Shown: positions 41,945 to 53,091, counted from the stretch's first letter. The stretch: DNA of 64,000 nt from an uncultured Gemmatimonadales bacterium (GCA_963809895.1 CAWELD010000010.1:928001-992000); one strand, 5' to 3'. Notes: generated by a model not told the origin, from the letters alone. A program made the numbers and translations.

Positions 41945-43918
41945 CTACTCCTCTTCTCCCGACGCACCCCGAAACGCGGGATCCAGGACCACGGTGGCTC
42001 CGCCGAGCTCCACCGGCCAGTGCAACACCTGGGTATGGCCCTGCAGCTCGTGGGCCCAGCCCTGCTCGGTGCGGCTCGATGTCAGAATGCGCTCGGCGGT
42101 GTGGGCGCTGGGCTCGGGATCGGGCTCGAGGCGCACCTCCCAGGCGCTGGAGAGCGCACAGGCGAGCTCCGCGCCCCGGGTGTAGGCCCGCCCGTCCCAG
42201 GCCAGCTCCACCTCGAGTCGGCCACTGGCCTCGAACCGATACCGCTTCATGAGCCACGGGGCGGGGGAGCGGGCCTCGAGGACGATGTCGAGCCGGTTCT
42301 CGCTCTGCTCCACGCGGGCGTCGAAATCCGCCCGCCACCACATGGCCTCCACGCCGTAGGGGTCCACCCGCGACGGGAACCCCACCGCTTCGCTATCGAC
42401 CACGGCCTCGACGAAGGCGACTCGCTCGACCGGGTCCACGTCCGGCAGGCTGTCCAGCCGCAACGCCCTTTCACGCTCGTGGATGGAGCCGCCGCTGGCT
42501 CCTTCCGCGACGGGCTCCTCCCCTGGGGAGCCGTGCTGCTCCACGGCCCGGCGATGGTAGCTCTCGCGCCGTCGCGTGAGGACGTCCAGCAGGTTCCGAC
42601 CCGTCGCGAACAGGGTGAGCTCCTCCAGCGCGCCACCGCGATGCGGAGCGACGACGGCCGAGAAGTGCGACGAATGCACCCAGATCTCCCGTCGGCCGTC
42701 GCCGTCGAGGTCCACAATCTCGGCTTCCAGTCCCTCGTTCCGGCGTAGAGCCCCTTCGGCGGCGGCGAGGTTCCGCCACACGGCTGCGCGCAGGGGGCGC
42801 ACGTAGAGGCCTCCGAACACGCCGTGCCAGTAGGCGTCGTTGCACTGTGCCCGTCCCACCGCGGCCCTCACCTCGGGCGGGTCTCCCGCGGCCCGGCACA
42901 TGCGCGACAGCGCGGCCGCCTTCTTGTGCATGCGGTTGGATTCGGGATAGCGCGTCAGGAAGTTGCGCCACTGGCCACCGCGGACCCACAGCCGTTCGCC
43001 GGCCGGTGCGTCCTCCAGTCGGCGTTCGGCGGCGGCGCGCCGCTCCTCGGCCTCCGGCGGCAGCGTCCAGCCCTCCATCTCACGATAGGACGCCGTGGGC
43101 AGGTAGACGGGACCACCTTCGTCGATGCGGCCCTCGAGATCGCCCACCGTCGCGAGCTGGATCTCGCCCGCATCGGACAGGCTCCTCAGGGTGTCGGTGA
43201 AGCGCTCCATCCAACCCTCCTCCCACACCCACCGACGCGTGCCCGGCCAGCCGCCGAACTTCTCGCCGTCGTCGGCCAGCAGCGCCATGCGGCGTCCAGC
43301 GGCCCGGTATCCGGCGAGCCGGTCGGCGATGGCCTCCACCGGCTGGAAGGGCACCAGGTAGCGAAGGTGCTCGTCGATGCCCAGCGTCCACACCCCCCGG
43401 CCCTGGTCCTCGGTCCGCCAGCGCCGGTGCGCCGCGCTCTCGCCCAGACCCGCCAGATGGAGGTGCCGGTCGTCCAGCAGCACCGTCTCCACGCCGGCGG
43501 CGGCGAGGTCGCCGGCGAGGCTGGGCTCCCACACCCGTTCCGTGAGCCAGAGCGTCGTGGCACTGGACCCGAACCGGCCGTGGAGGCGCTGGCGCATGCG
43601 GGCCACCTGATCGACGCGGTCCTCGCGGTCCAGGGCCGCGAGGATCGGCTCGTCACGTCCCGACGACAGGAGCTCCACCCGGCCATCCGCTACCAGGTGC
43701 CCGATGACGTCCACCAGGGGGTGGGCGTCTCCTTCGAGCCAGTCCAGGAGCGGACCGGACACGTGGAGCAGGAAGGGGCCCACCTCGCGCTCCGACAGAT
43801 GGCCGAGAAGGGGGAGGTACACCTGGTCGGCGTGGTCCCGGAACACGCTGTCGAGGTTCCCCACCGGCTGATGGAGGTGCAGGCCGAAGAGGAAGAGCAG
43901 GGGAGGGCGCTCGCTCAC
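41945..43918 (-). CDS. GH57 alpha-amylase / 4-alpha-glucanotransferase
   Basis: HLHQPVGN, WLTERVW, DDGEKFG, SYREM, YPESNRMH, QCNDAYWHGVFGGLY. Confidence 0.92.
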   Translation of the reverse strand: MSERPPLLFLFGLHLHQPVGNLDSVFRDHADQVYLPLLGHLSEREVGPFLLHVSGPLLDWLEGDAHPLVDVIGHLVADGRVELLSSGRDEPILAALDREDRVDQVARMRQRLHGRFGSSATTLWLTERVWEPSLAGDLAAAGVETVLLDDRHLHLAGLGESAAHRRWRTEDQGRGVWTLGIDEHLRYLVPFQPVEAIADRLAGYRAAGRRMALLADDGEKFGGWPGTRRWVWEEGWMERFTDTLRSLSDAGEIQLATVGDLEGRIDEGGPVYLPTASYREMEGWTLPPEAEERRAAAERRLEDAPAGERLWVRGGQWRNFLTRYPESNRMHKKAAALSRMCRAAGDPPEVRAAVGRAQCNDAYWHGVFGGLYVRPLRAAVWRNLAAAEGALRRNEGLEAEIVDLDGDGRREIWVHSSHFSAVVAPHRGGALEELTLFATGRNLLDVLTRRRESYHRRAVEQHGSPGEEPVAEGASGGSIHERERALRLDSLPDVDPVERVAFVEAVVDSEAVGFPSRVDPYGVEAMWWRADFDARVEQSENRLDIVLEARSPAPWLMKRYRFEASGRLEVELAWDGRAYTRGAELACALSSAWEVRLEPDPEPSAHTAERILTSSRTEQGWAHELQGHTQVLHWPVELGGATVVLDPAFRGASGEEE

Positions 43919-45966
43919 GACGGTCCTCCCTCGTCGGGCTGGAGGCCGGCACCCTCGAGCAGGGGCTGGAGGCTGGCACGCGACGATGCGTCGAAGCGCT
44001 CCCAGCATGCCCACACCGCGTGCTGCACCGGCGCCGGCAAGGCCTCCTGCAGCTCGGGGTCGTCCAGCAGCGGACGGAGCTCCGCCACCCGCGCCTCCAC
44101 ATGCGGGTCCTCGCCGTCCAGCGCGTCGAGGGCCCGGATCAATGCGTGACCCCGGGCCATGGCCAGGGACCAGCGGCCGGACAGCAGCGCGTTGTGCTGG
44201 GCCGGCGTCAGGAGCTCGCGCAGGGTGGACGCGCCCAGGGAGTCACCGATGCGCACGTCCCAGGGAAACGGAAGATCCTTCGCCGCGACGAGCTCGGGGG
44301 ATCCCGGAGCCGCTCCCCCCACATTCTCTCGCAGGGCTCGAACGCGGGGCCGCTCCTCCCCTTCGTCCAGGGTGGCGGTCCAGCGCTGGCGGCCCCCGGT
44401 GCGGGTATCCGTGACCTCGGTCAGGTCGTCCGCGGCGGCCACCCTCCAGGCCCCGACCTTCGAGGGCCGCGGCAGCGAAGCGTGGCTGGTGAAGGCGTCG
44501 ACCGCCGCCACGCGGGCACCTGCCGACGGGCCGGAGCGGACGTGACGCCCCCACACCCGGGCCCCGTCGCCTTCCGTAGGGTCGTTGCTCGAGGCGCCAC
44601 GCAGGGTACTCACCAACTCGTCCTCCAGGGGGCGGGCCTGCGGTCCGGCGAGGTCGAGGGCCCGCGCGGCGCTCCGGAGCGCGAGGATGGGCTCCAGGCG
44701 CGCCAGGTCGTCGAAGAACCAGGCGCACGAGGTGAACATCCGCAGCCCCTCTCGCGCCATCTCCAGCGCCTCGAGGGCGGTGCGACGCTCCCCCTCGCCC
44801 AGACTCCGGCCGGCTTCGCGGTCCAGGAAGTCGATGCGCGCGGGCAGATCGGCCTCCGCTACCTCCACGTAGCGGCCCAGCGACGCGCCCGGGTCGGGCA
44901 CGAGCGGTGCCATGGTGTCGGCGTACCTGCGGGCGAGCTCCTCGCCCAACCGCGCGAGGCCGCGGCGCAGAGGCCCTCGCCAGGCCTGGCTGGTGGGGAC
45001 CGACGGATCGGTGCGGCAGCCGCAGTCCCGTCGCCAACGGTCGACCCCGTGGGGGCAGCTCCACGAGCTGGGCGCCACGACCTCCACCGGGTGCTCGGCC
45101 CCTCGCTCGGCCAGCACCGCTGCGAAGTTCGTGACCCGCACGTGAGGCTCGGCTTCCAGCCGCACCAACACGTTCGCCAACGCCATCTCGCCGAAGGTGT
45201 GATGATGGCCGAAGGTCTCGCCGTCGGTGGCCAGGCTCGCCAGCGCCGGTCCGTCGGCGCTCCGATGAGCCATCAGGGCATCGGCCCAGGCCGACGCGTC
45301 GCGCAGGAGTCCCCCGAAAGACACGCCGTGGGACAGCGCCCCGTCGTAGACGAAGACCGCCATGCTCCGGTCCCCACCCAGCGAGACACGACCGGGAAGG
45401 CCCCGGGGCGGCGCCTCCAGCACCTGGGAGGAGCCCAGGACCACGAAGGCCAGTCCCTCGTCCGCCACCGCCTCCAGCGTCGGGAGATCCACGGCGGCCT
45501 CGGGCAACCAGAACCCTTCCGGGTCCCGACCGAAGCGGCGCCGGAAGTCCCGCACGCCCCAGCGGATCTCGGTGCGGCGGTCCCTGGGAGAGGCCAGGGG
45601 GAGGATGACGTGGTGATAGGAGGTGGCGAGGGCGTTGCCGTGTCCCGTGCGTCGCATCCCGACGCGGTCCGCGTCGAGGAAGGCCTGATAGGTTGCGGGG
45701 GTTTCCCGCTCCAGCCAGCGCAGGAGGGTGGGCGCGGCGTCGAAGCTCATGCGCCCGAGCGTGTTGAGGAATCCTCGCACCCGGCCGTCGGAAGCCAGGA
45801 GGCGGGCCGCGGTCACGCTCCGATAGCACTCCTCGTGGATACGCTGGTTCCAATCGTGGAAGGGGGCGGCCGTAGGCTCGGCCGGGACCGTGTCCGTCCA
45901 GGGATCCTCACGAGGCGGCTGATAGAAGTGGCCATGGAGAACCACGTCCAGCGGGGGCACGCTCAT
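43915..45966 (-). CDS. GH57 family DUF3536 protein
   Basis: HGHFYQPPRE, WLPE, TDGETFGHH, SWSCPHGVDRW, MFTSCAWFFD. Confidence 0.92.
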   Translation of the reverse strand: MSVPPLDVVLHGHFYQPPREDPWTDTVPAEPTAAPFHDWNQRIHEECYRSVTAARLLASDGRVRGFLNTLGRMSFDAAPTLLRWLERETPATYQAFLDADRVGMRRTGHGNALATSYHHVILPLASPRDRRTEIRWGVRDFRRRFGRDPEGFWLPEAAVDLPTLEAVADEGLAFVVLGSSQVLEAPPRGLPGRVSLGGDRSMAVFVYDGALSHGVSFGGLLRDASAWADALMAHRSADGPALASLATDGETFGHHHTFGEMALANVLVRLEAEPHVRVTNFAAVLAERGAEHPVEVVAPSSWSCPHGVDRWRRDCGCRTDPSVPTSQAWRGPLRRGLARLGEELARRYADTMAPLVPDPGASLGRYVEVAEADLPARIDFLDREAGRSLGEGERRTALEALEMAREGLRMFTSCAWFFDDLARLEPILALRSAARALDLAGPQARPLEDELVSTLRGASSNDPTEGDGARVWGRHVRSGPSAGARVAAVDAFTSHASLPRPSKVGAWRVAAADDLTEVTDTRTGGRQRWTATLDEGEERPRVRALRENVGGAAPGSPELVAAKDLPFPWDVRIGDSLGASTLRELLTPAQHNALLSGRWSLAMARGHALIRALDALDGEDPHVEARVAELRPLLDDPELQEALPAPVQHAVWACWERFDASSRASLQPLLEGAGLQPDEGGPS

Positions 45967-47456
45967 GTGCGCTGACGGCCCGCCCGCTCCACGAGCGCCC
46001 GCTGGTAGACGTGGTCGTATTCCTCCACCCGCCGCGGCCAGCTGAAGTCCCGGGTCATGGCCTCCCGCACCATGCGCCGCCACGCCGGCGGATCGCCGTA
46101 GCGTTGCACCGTTCGCTCCAGGGCACCGTCCAGCGCCTCGGTGCCGTACTTGTCGAACATGAAGCCCGTGACCTCGTCCTGGACGGTGTCGGCCAGCCCT
46201 CCGACCCGCCGCACCACGGGCAGCGTGCCGTAGCGCTGCGCTCGCATCTGTGTGAGCCCGCACGGCTCGTATTGCGAGGGCATGAGCAGGGCGTCGGCCC
46301 CGGCGATGAGGCGATGCTCTCGGGTCTCGGTGAACTCGAAGCGCACCACGACGCGGTCCGGCGCCTCGCGGGCCAGCGCCGCGAGCCCGGCCTGGTAGCG
46401 GGGCTCCCCTTCGCCGATGAAGACCCACTGGGCCGGGAGCCGGGGAAGCAGTCCCGATCCGAGGATCAGGTCGAAGCCCTTCTGCTCGACGAGTCGTGCC
46501 GCCATGCCGAAGAGCGGCCGCCCCGACTCCGGGGGCAGCCCGACCGCTTCCTGCAGCCAGCGCTTGCAGGCCCGCTTTCCGGACAGGTGGTCCCGGTCGT
46601 ACGCGGCGGTGATGGCCGGGTCCAGCGCCGGATCCCACACCTCCTGGTCGATGCCGTTGACGATGCCGACGAGACGATCGCCCAGGTGCTCGAAGGCGCC
46701 GTGCAGCCCGAAGCCGCCGTCCGGCGTGGTGAGCTCGCGGGCGTGGCTGGGGCTCACCGTGGTGACCATGTCGGAGAAGACCAGGCCGCCCTTCAGCACG
46801 TTGACCCGGTCGTACCACTCCAGGATGCGCCAGTCGTACAGGCTCTCGGGCAGCCCGAGCTCGGTGAGCACGTCGTGGCCGAAGTGGCCCTGATAGCCCG
46901 CGTTGTGCACCGTGAGCACCGTGGCGGCCTCGCGGGCCAGGCGGGAATCCGCGAGCTCCGTGCGCAGGTAGAGGATGGCGAGGGCGGTGTGCCAGTCGTG
47001 GGCGTGCAGCACCAGGGGGCCCGTCACCAGCTCCGGCAGCATCTCGAGCACGAAGCGGCTGAAGAAGGCGAAGCGACGGTGGTTGTCGGGATAGTCGGCA
47101 CCGTGCTGGCCGTAGATGCCCGGTCGCCCGAAGTAGCCGTCGTGCTCCACGAAGAAGACCCGCACGTCGCCGTCGGCCACAGGCATGTGGTGGAGGCGGC
47201 CCTGTTCCTCGCGCGGCCCGACGCGGACGGAGCGGGGGTCGCCGAGCGGCTCGATGTCGGGAAAGCGTGCCTGCACCGAGGCGAACAGGGGCATGACGAC
47301 CAGGGTGGGTCGCGTGGCGGCCGCCTGGTAGGTGGCGATGCCCCGCACGGCCTCGGCGAGGCCGCCGGTGCGGGCGAAGGGCCAGTATTCCGCGCACAGG
47401 TGGACCGCCGGCACGATGCCGGGATCGGGGACCTTGGAACGGCGTGCAGGCGTCAT
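45963..47456 (-). CDS. glgA: Glycogen synthase (GT5)
   Basis: RTGGL, HAHDWH, TVHNAGYQG, TVSP, NGID, QKG, PSQYEPCGLTQM, GGLADTV. Confidence 0.95.
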   Translation of the reverse strand: MTPARRSKVPDPGIVPAVHLCAEYWPFARTGGLAEAVRGIATYQAAATRPTLVVMPLFASVQARFPDIEPLGDPRSVRVGPREEQGRLHHMPVADGDVRVFFVEHDGYFGRPGIYGQHGADYPDNHRRFAFFSRFVLEMLPELVTGPLVLHAHDWHTALAILYLRTELADSRLAREAATVLTVHNAGYQGHFGHDVLTELGLPESLYDWRILEWYDRVNVLKGGLVFSDMVTTVSPSHARELTTPDGGFGLHGAFEHLGDRLVGIVNGIDQEVWDPALDPAITAAYDRDHLSGKRACKRWLQEAVGLPPESGRPLFGMAARLVEQKGFDLILGSGLLPRLPAQWVFIGEGEPRYQAGLAALAREAPDRVVVRFEFTETREHRLIAGADALLMPSQYEPCGLTQMRAQRYGTLPVVRRVGGLADTVQDEVTGFMFDKYGTEALDGALERTVQRYGDPPAWRRMVREAMTRDFSWPRRVEEYDHVYQRALVERAGRQRT

Positions 47457-47478
47457 CGGTCGTGGCGGGATGCGCGCT

Positions 47479-49638
47479 TCAGGAGGTAGGAGGGATGTCT
47501 CCCTCGCTCTCGCCCCGCAGCGCGGGTGCGTAGTACTGGCGGGCGTACTCCTCGACCATCCTGGCCGTGGTGAAGTGGCGGCCTGCCACCATGATGGCGT
47601 TCTTCATCATGCGGATCCAGGCAACGGGCAGATCGCGTTCGTCCCGCTCGTAGAACCGCGGGACCACCTCGCGCTCCAGGAGGGTGAACAGCTGCTCGTG
47701 ATCGTGCGCATCCACCTCGTTGTCCTCTCCGTCGGCCAGAGGGAGAGCCCAGCCGTTTCCGCCATCGAAGCCTTCGGCCCACCACCCGTCCAGTGTACCG
47801 AGCTGAGGCACGCCGTTGAGCGCCGCCTTCATACCGCTCGTGCCCGAGGCCTCCATGGGAACGCGCGGCAGGTTGAGCCACAGGTCGACGCCCTGCACCA
47901 ACCGGTGCGCCACGTGCAGCTCGTAGTCTTCCAGGAAGGCGATGCGGCCGTGGAAGCGGGGATCCCGGGTGGCGTGGTAGATGCGCTGAAGGATGCGCTT
48001 GGCCTCGTCGTCGGCGGGATGGGCTTTGCCGGCGAAGACGAGCTGAACCGGCCGGTGGTCGTCGGTGAGAAGCTCCCGCAGCCGATCGGGGTCTCGCAGC
48101 AGCAGGTCGGCCCGCTTGTAGGTGGCGAAACGGCGCGCGAAGCCGATGGTCAACGGCTCGGGGCTCAGCAGAGTCCCGGACCCGACCAGGTGGGCCGAAT
48201 CCCACTGCAGGCTCCTCCAGCGCCTCCGCGCCTGCTCGCGCATGAAGTCCAGCAGGATCTGCTTCTGCTCCACGTGGACGCCCCACACCCGCTCGTCGTC
48301 GAGCTCGAGGACGACATCCCAGATCCCCGGCTCACGGGCCCGCTGCTCCCAGCCGTGGCCGAGCTTCTCGTCCAGGAGCGACATCCACCGGTGCGACATC
48401 CAACTGGTGAGGTGAACGCCGTTGGTGATGGCGCCGATGGGGAGCATGTCCGGCTCCCGCTCCGGCCAGAGACAACGCCACAGTTCCCGTGTCACCTGGC
48501 CGTGGCGACGCGAGACGCCGTTCACCCAGCGCGACAGGCGAATGGCCAGCGCTGTCATGTGAAAGCGTCCGCCGTCGAGCTCCGGATGCCGTCCGAGCTC
48601 CAGGATGCGGTCGCGCTCGATGTCCGACTCGTCCCAGCTCCCGTTCACGCACTCCTCGATCTGCTCGCGGGTGAAGACGTCGTGGCCCGCAGGGACCGGG
48701 GTGTGGGTGGTGAAGATGCTCCGAGCCCGGACGTCGGCCACGGCGGTGTCCCAGTCGGTTCCGGCCTGGAGCTTCTCGAGCAGCCGCTCGGTGAGCATGA
48801 AGGCCGCATGGCCCTCGTTGGCGTGCCAGGCTCCCGGCTCGATCTGAAGTGCCCGCAGCACGCGCACACCCCCGGTCCCGAGAAGCCACTCCTGCCTCAA
48901 TCGGTACTCCGAGCCTCCGCCGTAGAGCCGGTGCGTGAGCTCCCGGTCCGCGGGGTCGTTCTCCGGCAGGTTGGCGTCCAGCAGGTAGAGCTGGACACGG
49001 CCCGCGGTCAGGCGCCAGGCGCCGAGATGGACGTCGCGTCCCCAGGCGCGCACGCGTGCCAGGGCGGCTCGTCCCCCGCTGTCGGTGAGGCGCACCAGGG
49101 GCATGATGGTGGGATCGAAGGCCTCGTCGGAGTCCTCCTGCCAGCCGTCCAGCGTCACCTTCTGATCGAAGTAGCCCTTGCTGTACAACAGTCCCACGCC
49201 CACCAGGGGCACACCCAGGTCCGAGGCCGCCTTGCAGTGATCCCCGGCCAGGACCCCCAATCCCCCGGAGTAGATGGGAATGGAGTTGTGGAGCCCGAAC
49301 TCGGCGCAGAAGTAGGCCACGGGTCTCGCGTCGAGCCCGGGAAAGGCCTGGTTCCACCAGGTCTCCACGGAGGCCTGTTCGCGGCGGAGCGCCTCCACCG
49401 TGGTGTCGTACAGCTCGAGGAACTGCGGATCCTGAGCGCGAGCTGCCAGGCGCGCGGGATCTACCCTGCGAAGCATCTCGACGGGGTTGTGGCGCGTGAG
49501 CGACCACAGGATGGGATCGATCTGGCGCAACATGGCACGCGCGTTCCTGTGCCATCGCCAGGAGAGGTTCAGGGCGATCTCGCCGAGGGCCTGAAGGCGC
49601 TCGGGAAGGTAGGGGATCTTGCCGGAGGCGAGGGGCAT
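47479..49638 (-). CDS. glgP: Alpha-glucan phosphorylase
   Basis: AEFG, YSGGLGVLAGD, NEGH, TNGVH, ARRFATYKR, EASGTSGMK. Confidence 0.96.
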   Translation of the reverse strand: MPLASGKIPYLPERLQALGEIALNLSWRWHRNARAMLRQIDPILWSLTRHNPVEMLRRVDPARLAARAQDPQFLELYDTTVEALRREQASVETWWNQAFPGLDARPVAYFCAEFGLHNSIPIYSGGLGVLAGDHCKAASDLGVPLVGVGLLYSKGYFDQKVTLDGWQEDSDEAFDPTIMPLVRLTDSGGRAALARVRAWGRDVHLGAWRLTAGRVQLYLLDANLPENDPADRELTHRLYGGGSEYRLRQEWLLGTGGVRVLRALQIEPGAWHANEGHAAFMLTERLLEKLQAGTDWDTAVADVRARSIFTTHTPVPAGHDVFTREQIEECVNGSWDESDIERDRILELGRHPELDGGRFHMTALAIRLSRWVNGVSRRHGQVTRELWRCLWPEREPDMLPIGAITNGVHLTSWMSHRWMSLLDEKLGHGWEQRAREPGIWDVVLELDDERVWGVHVEQKQILLDFMREQARRRWRSLQWDSAHLVGSGTLLSPEPLTIGFARRFATYKRADLLLRDPDRLRELLTDDHRPVQLVFAGKAHPADDEAKRILQRIYHATRDPRFHGRIAFLEDYELHVAHRLVQGVDLWLNLPRVPMEASGTSGMKAALNGVPQLGTLDGWWAEGFDGGNGWALPLADGEDNEVDAHDHEQLFTLLEREVVPRFYERDERDLPVAWIRMMKNAIMVAGRHFTTARMVEEYARQYYAPALRGESEGDIPPTS

Positions 49639-49720
49639 CGGTCGGGGGTCTGGTGCGGAGAAGTCCTGCGTGGAGCACCCGGAGGATACCGGGTTCACCC
49701 GTCCGGGTGGAAGGGGCGGC

Positions 49721-52054
49721 TCAGACCAGCCGCACGATCTGCGTCAGGAGGAAGCAGACGGTGAAGCCCATCGCCAGGGGCATGAGCGCCGCCACGGCGG
49801 TCCATTTCCAGCTTCGCGTCTCACGGTAGATGGTGTAGAGGGTCGTAGAGCACGGATTGTGGAGCAGGCTGAACAGCATGACGTTGACGGCCGTGACCAG
49901 GGTCCAGCCACCGGCCCGCAGGAGCTGCTCCACATCGCTGGCGCGGTCCAGCTCGAACATGACGCCCGCCCCCTGGCCCACTCCCGCGATTCCCGCCGTG
50001 AGCACGGTGAGCATGAGGATCGTCGGGATCACGATCTCGTTGGCCGGGATCGCCACCACGTAGGCCAGCAGGATGACGCCGTTCAGCCCCACCAGGAGGC
50101 CGAAGGGATTCATCCACCCTACCAGGTGCTCGGCCACGCTGGTGCCGCCGAGGTGCACGTTGGAGACCAGCCAGATGACTGCGCCCGCCGGCATGGCGAA
50201 CACCACGGCGCGCCACAGCACGATGAGCGTGCGGTCGATGAGCGAGGTGTAGAGGGTCTGGAGGATCCGGGGCGGACGATAGGGCGGCAGCTCCAGGCTG
50301 AAGGTCGTGGCCTCGCCCTTCAGCACCGAGCGCGACAGGACCCACGAGCTCACGAACGTCGCCAGGATTCCCAGAAGCGCGACCCCCACCACCGCCGAGG
50401 CCGACACCAGCCCCGCGAGGTGCGCCGGCGCCAGGGCTCCGATGAAGATGCTGGCCAACAGGATCTGGGTGGGCCAGCGGCCGTTGCAGAGGCTGAAGTT
50501 GTTGGTGATGATCGCGATGAGCCGCTCACGGGGCGAGTCGATCACCCGCGTCGCCACCACCCCGGCGGCGTTGCAACCGAAGCCCATGGCCATGGTGAGC
50601 GCCTGTTTTCCGTGCGCGCCGGCCCTGCGGAAGAGCGCGTCCAGGTTGAACGCGACCCGGGGCAGGTACCCGAAATCCTCCAGGAGCGTGAAGAGAGGAA
50701 AGAAGATGGCCATGGGGGGCAGCATGACCGCCACCACCCACGCCGTGGCCAGATACATGCCGTCGAAGAGCAGTCCGTTCAGCCAAGCGGGCAGGCCCAC
50801 CGAGGAGCCCAACCCCTTGAGGGCGGGATGGAGGTGCTCCACCAGGAGCGTCGACAGCAGGCCCGAGGGCACGTTGGCGCCGGCGATGGTGATCCAGAAG
50901 ACCGCCATGAGCATGAGCAGCATGACGGGAAACCCGGTCCAGGGGCTCGTCACCAGTCGGTCCAGCGTGCGGTCGAAGGTGCGCTTGGCGCGGGCGCGGA
51001 CGGTGCCCCCGGCTGCCGCGGCGATCTCCTCGGCCCTTTGGAAGAGCGTGGCGACGATGGAGTCGTGGAAGTCGGGCGGCAGCGACCAGCGCAGCTCAGA
51101 GGCACGTTCCAACACGGCCTCTCGTGAGGTGCGCGCTTCAACGGACGTGCGGGTGTCCGCCAACGGCGAGGTCAGAACGGCCGCGCCGCCCCGCGGCGTC
51201 CGCGGGCGCGCTCCGCCTTCCGTGCTTCCCACCACCGTGATGCCGGTAACGGGCGGGGGCGCGGCGTCGACGGTGAGCTGGCCGATCTCGCCGGTGCGCA
51301 CGGCTTCTTCCACGCGCTCGTCGGCGTTCAGGAGGCGAAGGGCGACCCAGCGGGCGTTGGGAAGGCCCGGAAAGGCCTCTTCGATGAACGGGACCAGTGC
51401 CGCCACGGCCTCCTCCACCGGCGGGGCGTAGCCCTCGACACGCACGGGCCGGGTGCGGACCGCGCCCGTGGCCACCTCGTGGATGGCCTTCTGGAGCTCG
51501 GGCACACCTCGCTTCTCACGGGCCACGGCGGGGATCACCGGTACACCGAGCTCCCGTTGCAGCTTGGCCGCATCCACCACGACGCCGTGGCGGCGGGCCT
51601 CGTCCATCAGGTTCAGGCACACCACGACCCGGTCGGTGATGGCCAGGATCTGGAGGAGCAGGTTCAGGTTCCGCTCCAACCTGCTGGCGTCCAGCACCAC
51701 CACCGTCACGTCCGGCCGTCCGAACAGGATGAAGTCCCGCGCGACTTCCTCGTCGGCGCTTCCCGCCTGCAGCGAGTAGGTGCCCGGCAGATCCACGACC
51801 TTCACCTGACGGCCCTGGTACGTGTACGCGCCCTCGGCCCTCACCACGGTCTTGCCGGGCCAGTTGCCGGTGTGCTGGCGCAGACCCGTGAGGGCGTTGA
51901 AGACGGTGCTCTTGCCCGTATTGGGGTTGCCGGCGAGCGCCACCAGCAGGTCCCATCCGTCGGCGCTCAGGCCGAGGCGGTCCAGGTTGCGGCGGCGGTG
52001 CGCGCCCAGACTCTCGTCCGGGGGGGACGACACGGTGGGAAGGCGTACGGACAC
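49721..52054 (-). CDS. feoB: Ferrous iron transporter B
   Basis: GNPNTGKS, GNWPGKTV, DLPGTYS, NLMD, LEDFGYLPR, GFGCN, ELPPY; many TM helices. Confidence 0.96.
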   Translation of the reverse strand: MSVRLPTVSSPPDESLGAHRRRNLDRLGLSADGWDLLVALAGNPNTGKSTVFNALTGLRQHTGNWPGKTVVRAEGAYTYQGRQVKVVDLPGTYSLQAGSADEEVARDFILFGRPDVTVVVLDASRLERNLNLLLQILAITDRVVVCLNLMDEARRHGVVVDAAKLQRELGVPVIPAVAREKRGVPELQKAIHEVATGAVRTRPVRVEGYAPPVEEAVAALVPFIEEAFPGLPNARWVALRLLNADERVEEAVRTGEIGQLTVDAAPPPVTGITVVGSTEGGARPRTPRGGAAVLTSPLADTRTSVEARTSREAVLERASELRWSLPPDFHDSIVATLFQRAEEIAAAAGGTVRARAKRTFDRTLDRLVTSPWTGFPVMLLMLMAVFWITIAGANVPSGLLSTLLVEHLHPALKGLGSSVGLPAWLNGLLFDGMYLATAWVVAVMLPPMAIFFPLFTLLEDFGYLPRVAFNLDALFRRAGAHGKQALTMAMGFGCNAAGVVATRVIDSPRERLIAIITNNFSLCNGRWPTQILLASIFIGALAPAHLAGLVSASAVVGVALLGILATFVSSWVLSRSVLKGEATTFSLELPPYRPPRILQTLYTSLIDRTLIVLWRAVVFAMPAGAVIWLVSNVHLGGTSVAEHLVGWMNPFGLLVGLNGVILLAYVVAIPANEIVIPTILMLTVLTAGIAGVGQGAGVMFELDRASDVEQLLRAGGWTLVTAVNVMLFSLLHNPCSTTLYTIYRETRSWKWTAVAALMPLAMGFTVCFLLTQIVRLV

Positions 52055-52055
52055 G

Positions 52056-53091
52056 TCAGGCCGCCTCTTCGCTACCCGACGGACGGACGCGAATCCAGCG
52101 CTGCTGCTCCCGCCGCAGCGCGATCAGGGCACCCCGGATCGAATAGGCCACCGGATCGCCGGCGGTGGCGGAGAGCTCGGCGGTCACCCGGGTGCCCGGG
52201 ACCACACCCAGATCCAGCAGGCGTCGACGCTGGATGCCCTGGCAGGCCGGCGCCAGTCCCAACACTACCGCGCTGTGGCCGGTCTCGATGTCTTCCAGGG
52301 TCGCGGCGCCCGAGAGCGGATCGCCCTCGCCCGCCGACTGGCGCTGGACGGTGACGTTGCCGGCCGCGAGCGGGTCGAGCTCCACCTCGCGCCCATCCAG
52401 GGCGAGTTGCAGCCCACCCCCGCGGCGTCCCAGGAGCCGTACCGACATGGCGGGCGCCAGGCCGGCGCTCACGAGACGCTCGTACAGCTCGGGGGGCTCG
52501 TCCTCCAGATGCAGGACTTCGGCCTCGTCGCCTGGCTCGAGGCGGGTCAGGGGGATCCCGGTCGGGAGCGGGAATCTCACCGCTGGCCGTGGGGATCGGA
52601 TCACCGTGGGGGTCGTAGCGCGGATGCCCCAGGCGCGCAGCGAGACGCTCCACGTCGTCGTCGCTGAGGCGATGCTCCCGCTCTTCGGCCGACGTGTGCC
52701 AGTCGCGGGGCGCCACGCCCGTGCGATCGGCCAGGTAGCGCTCCCAGAGGCGGTGCGTGCGGATGACGCGGAGCGCGTAGGATTGCCCGTCGGCGGTGAG
52801 GACGAGCGGTGCGTCTTCCTGGACCAGGCCTGCCGCGCGCAACTGGCCCAACACCCGGGCCGCGTGATGAAGGCCGCTCCCGAGCGCTCCCGCGAGGCTC
52901 TCCATGGAGGCCTCCACCCCACGACGCTCGCACTTGTAGAGGTGCTTGAGGGCGTCCTCCATGGATACGCGCTGGCCGGCGCGGCTCCAGCGGAGGAGCT
53001 GCGCAACCAATCCCCGTCGCGGCCAGAAGAGCGCGGCCACGAGAAGTACCAGGAGGCCGAAGACCCCCAGCGCCAAGCGTGGGTCGGGCAT
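52056..53091 (-). CDS. DtxR/MntR family metal regulator with N-terminal TM helix and two FeoA domains, frameshift at ~52565
   Basis: EDALKHLY, RTHRLWERYL, EEREH, DPHGDPIP, then FeoA-like LTRLEPGDEA and RRRLLDLGVVPG...GDPVAYSIRGALIALRR. Confidence 0.88.
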
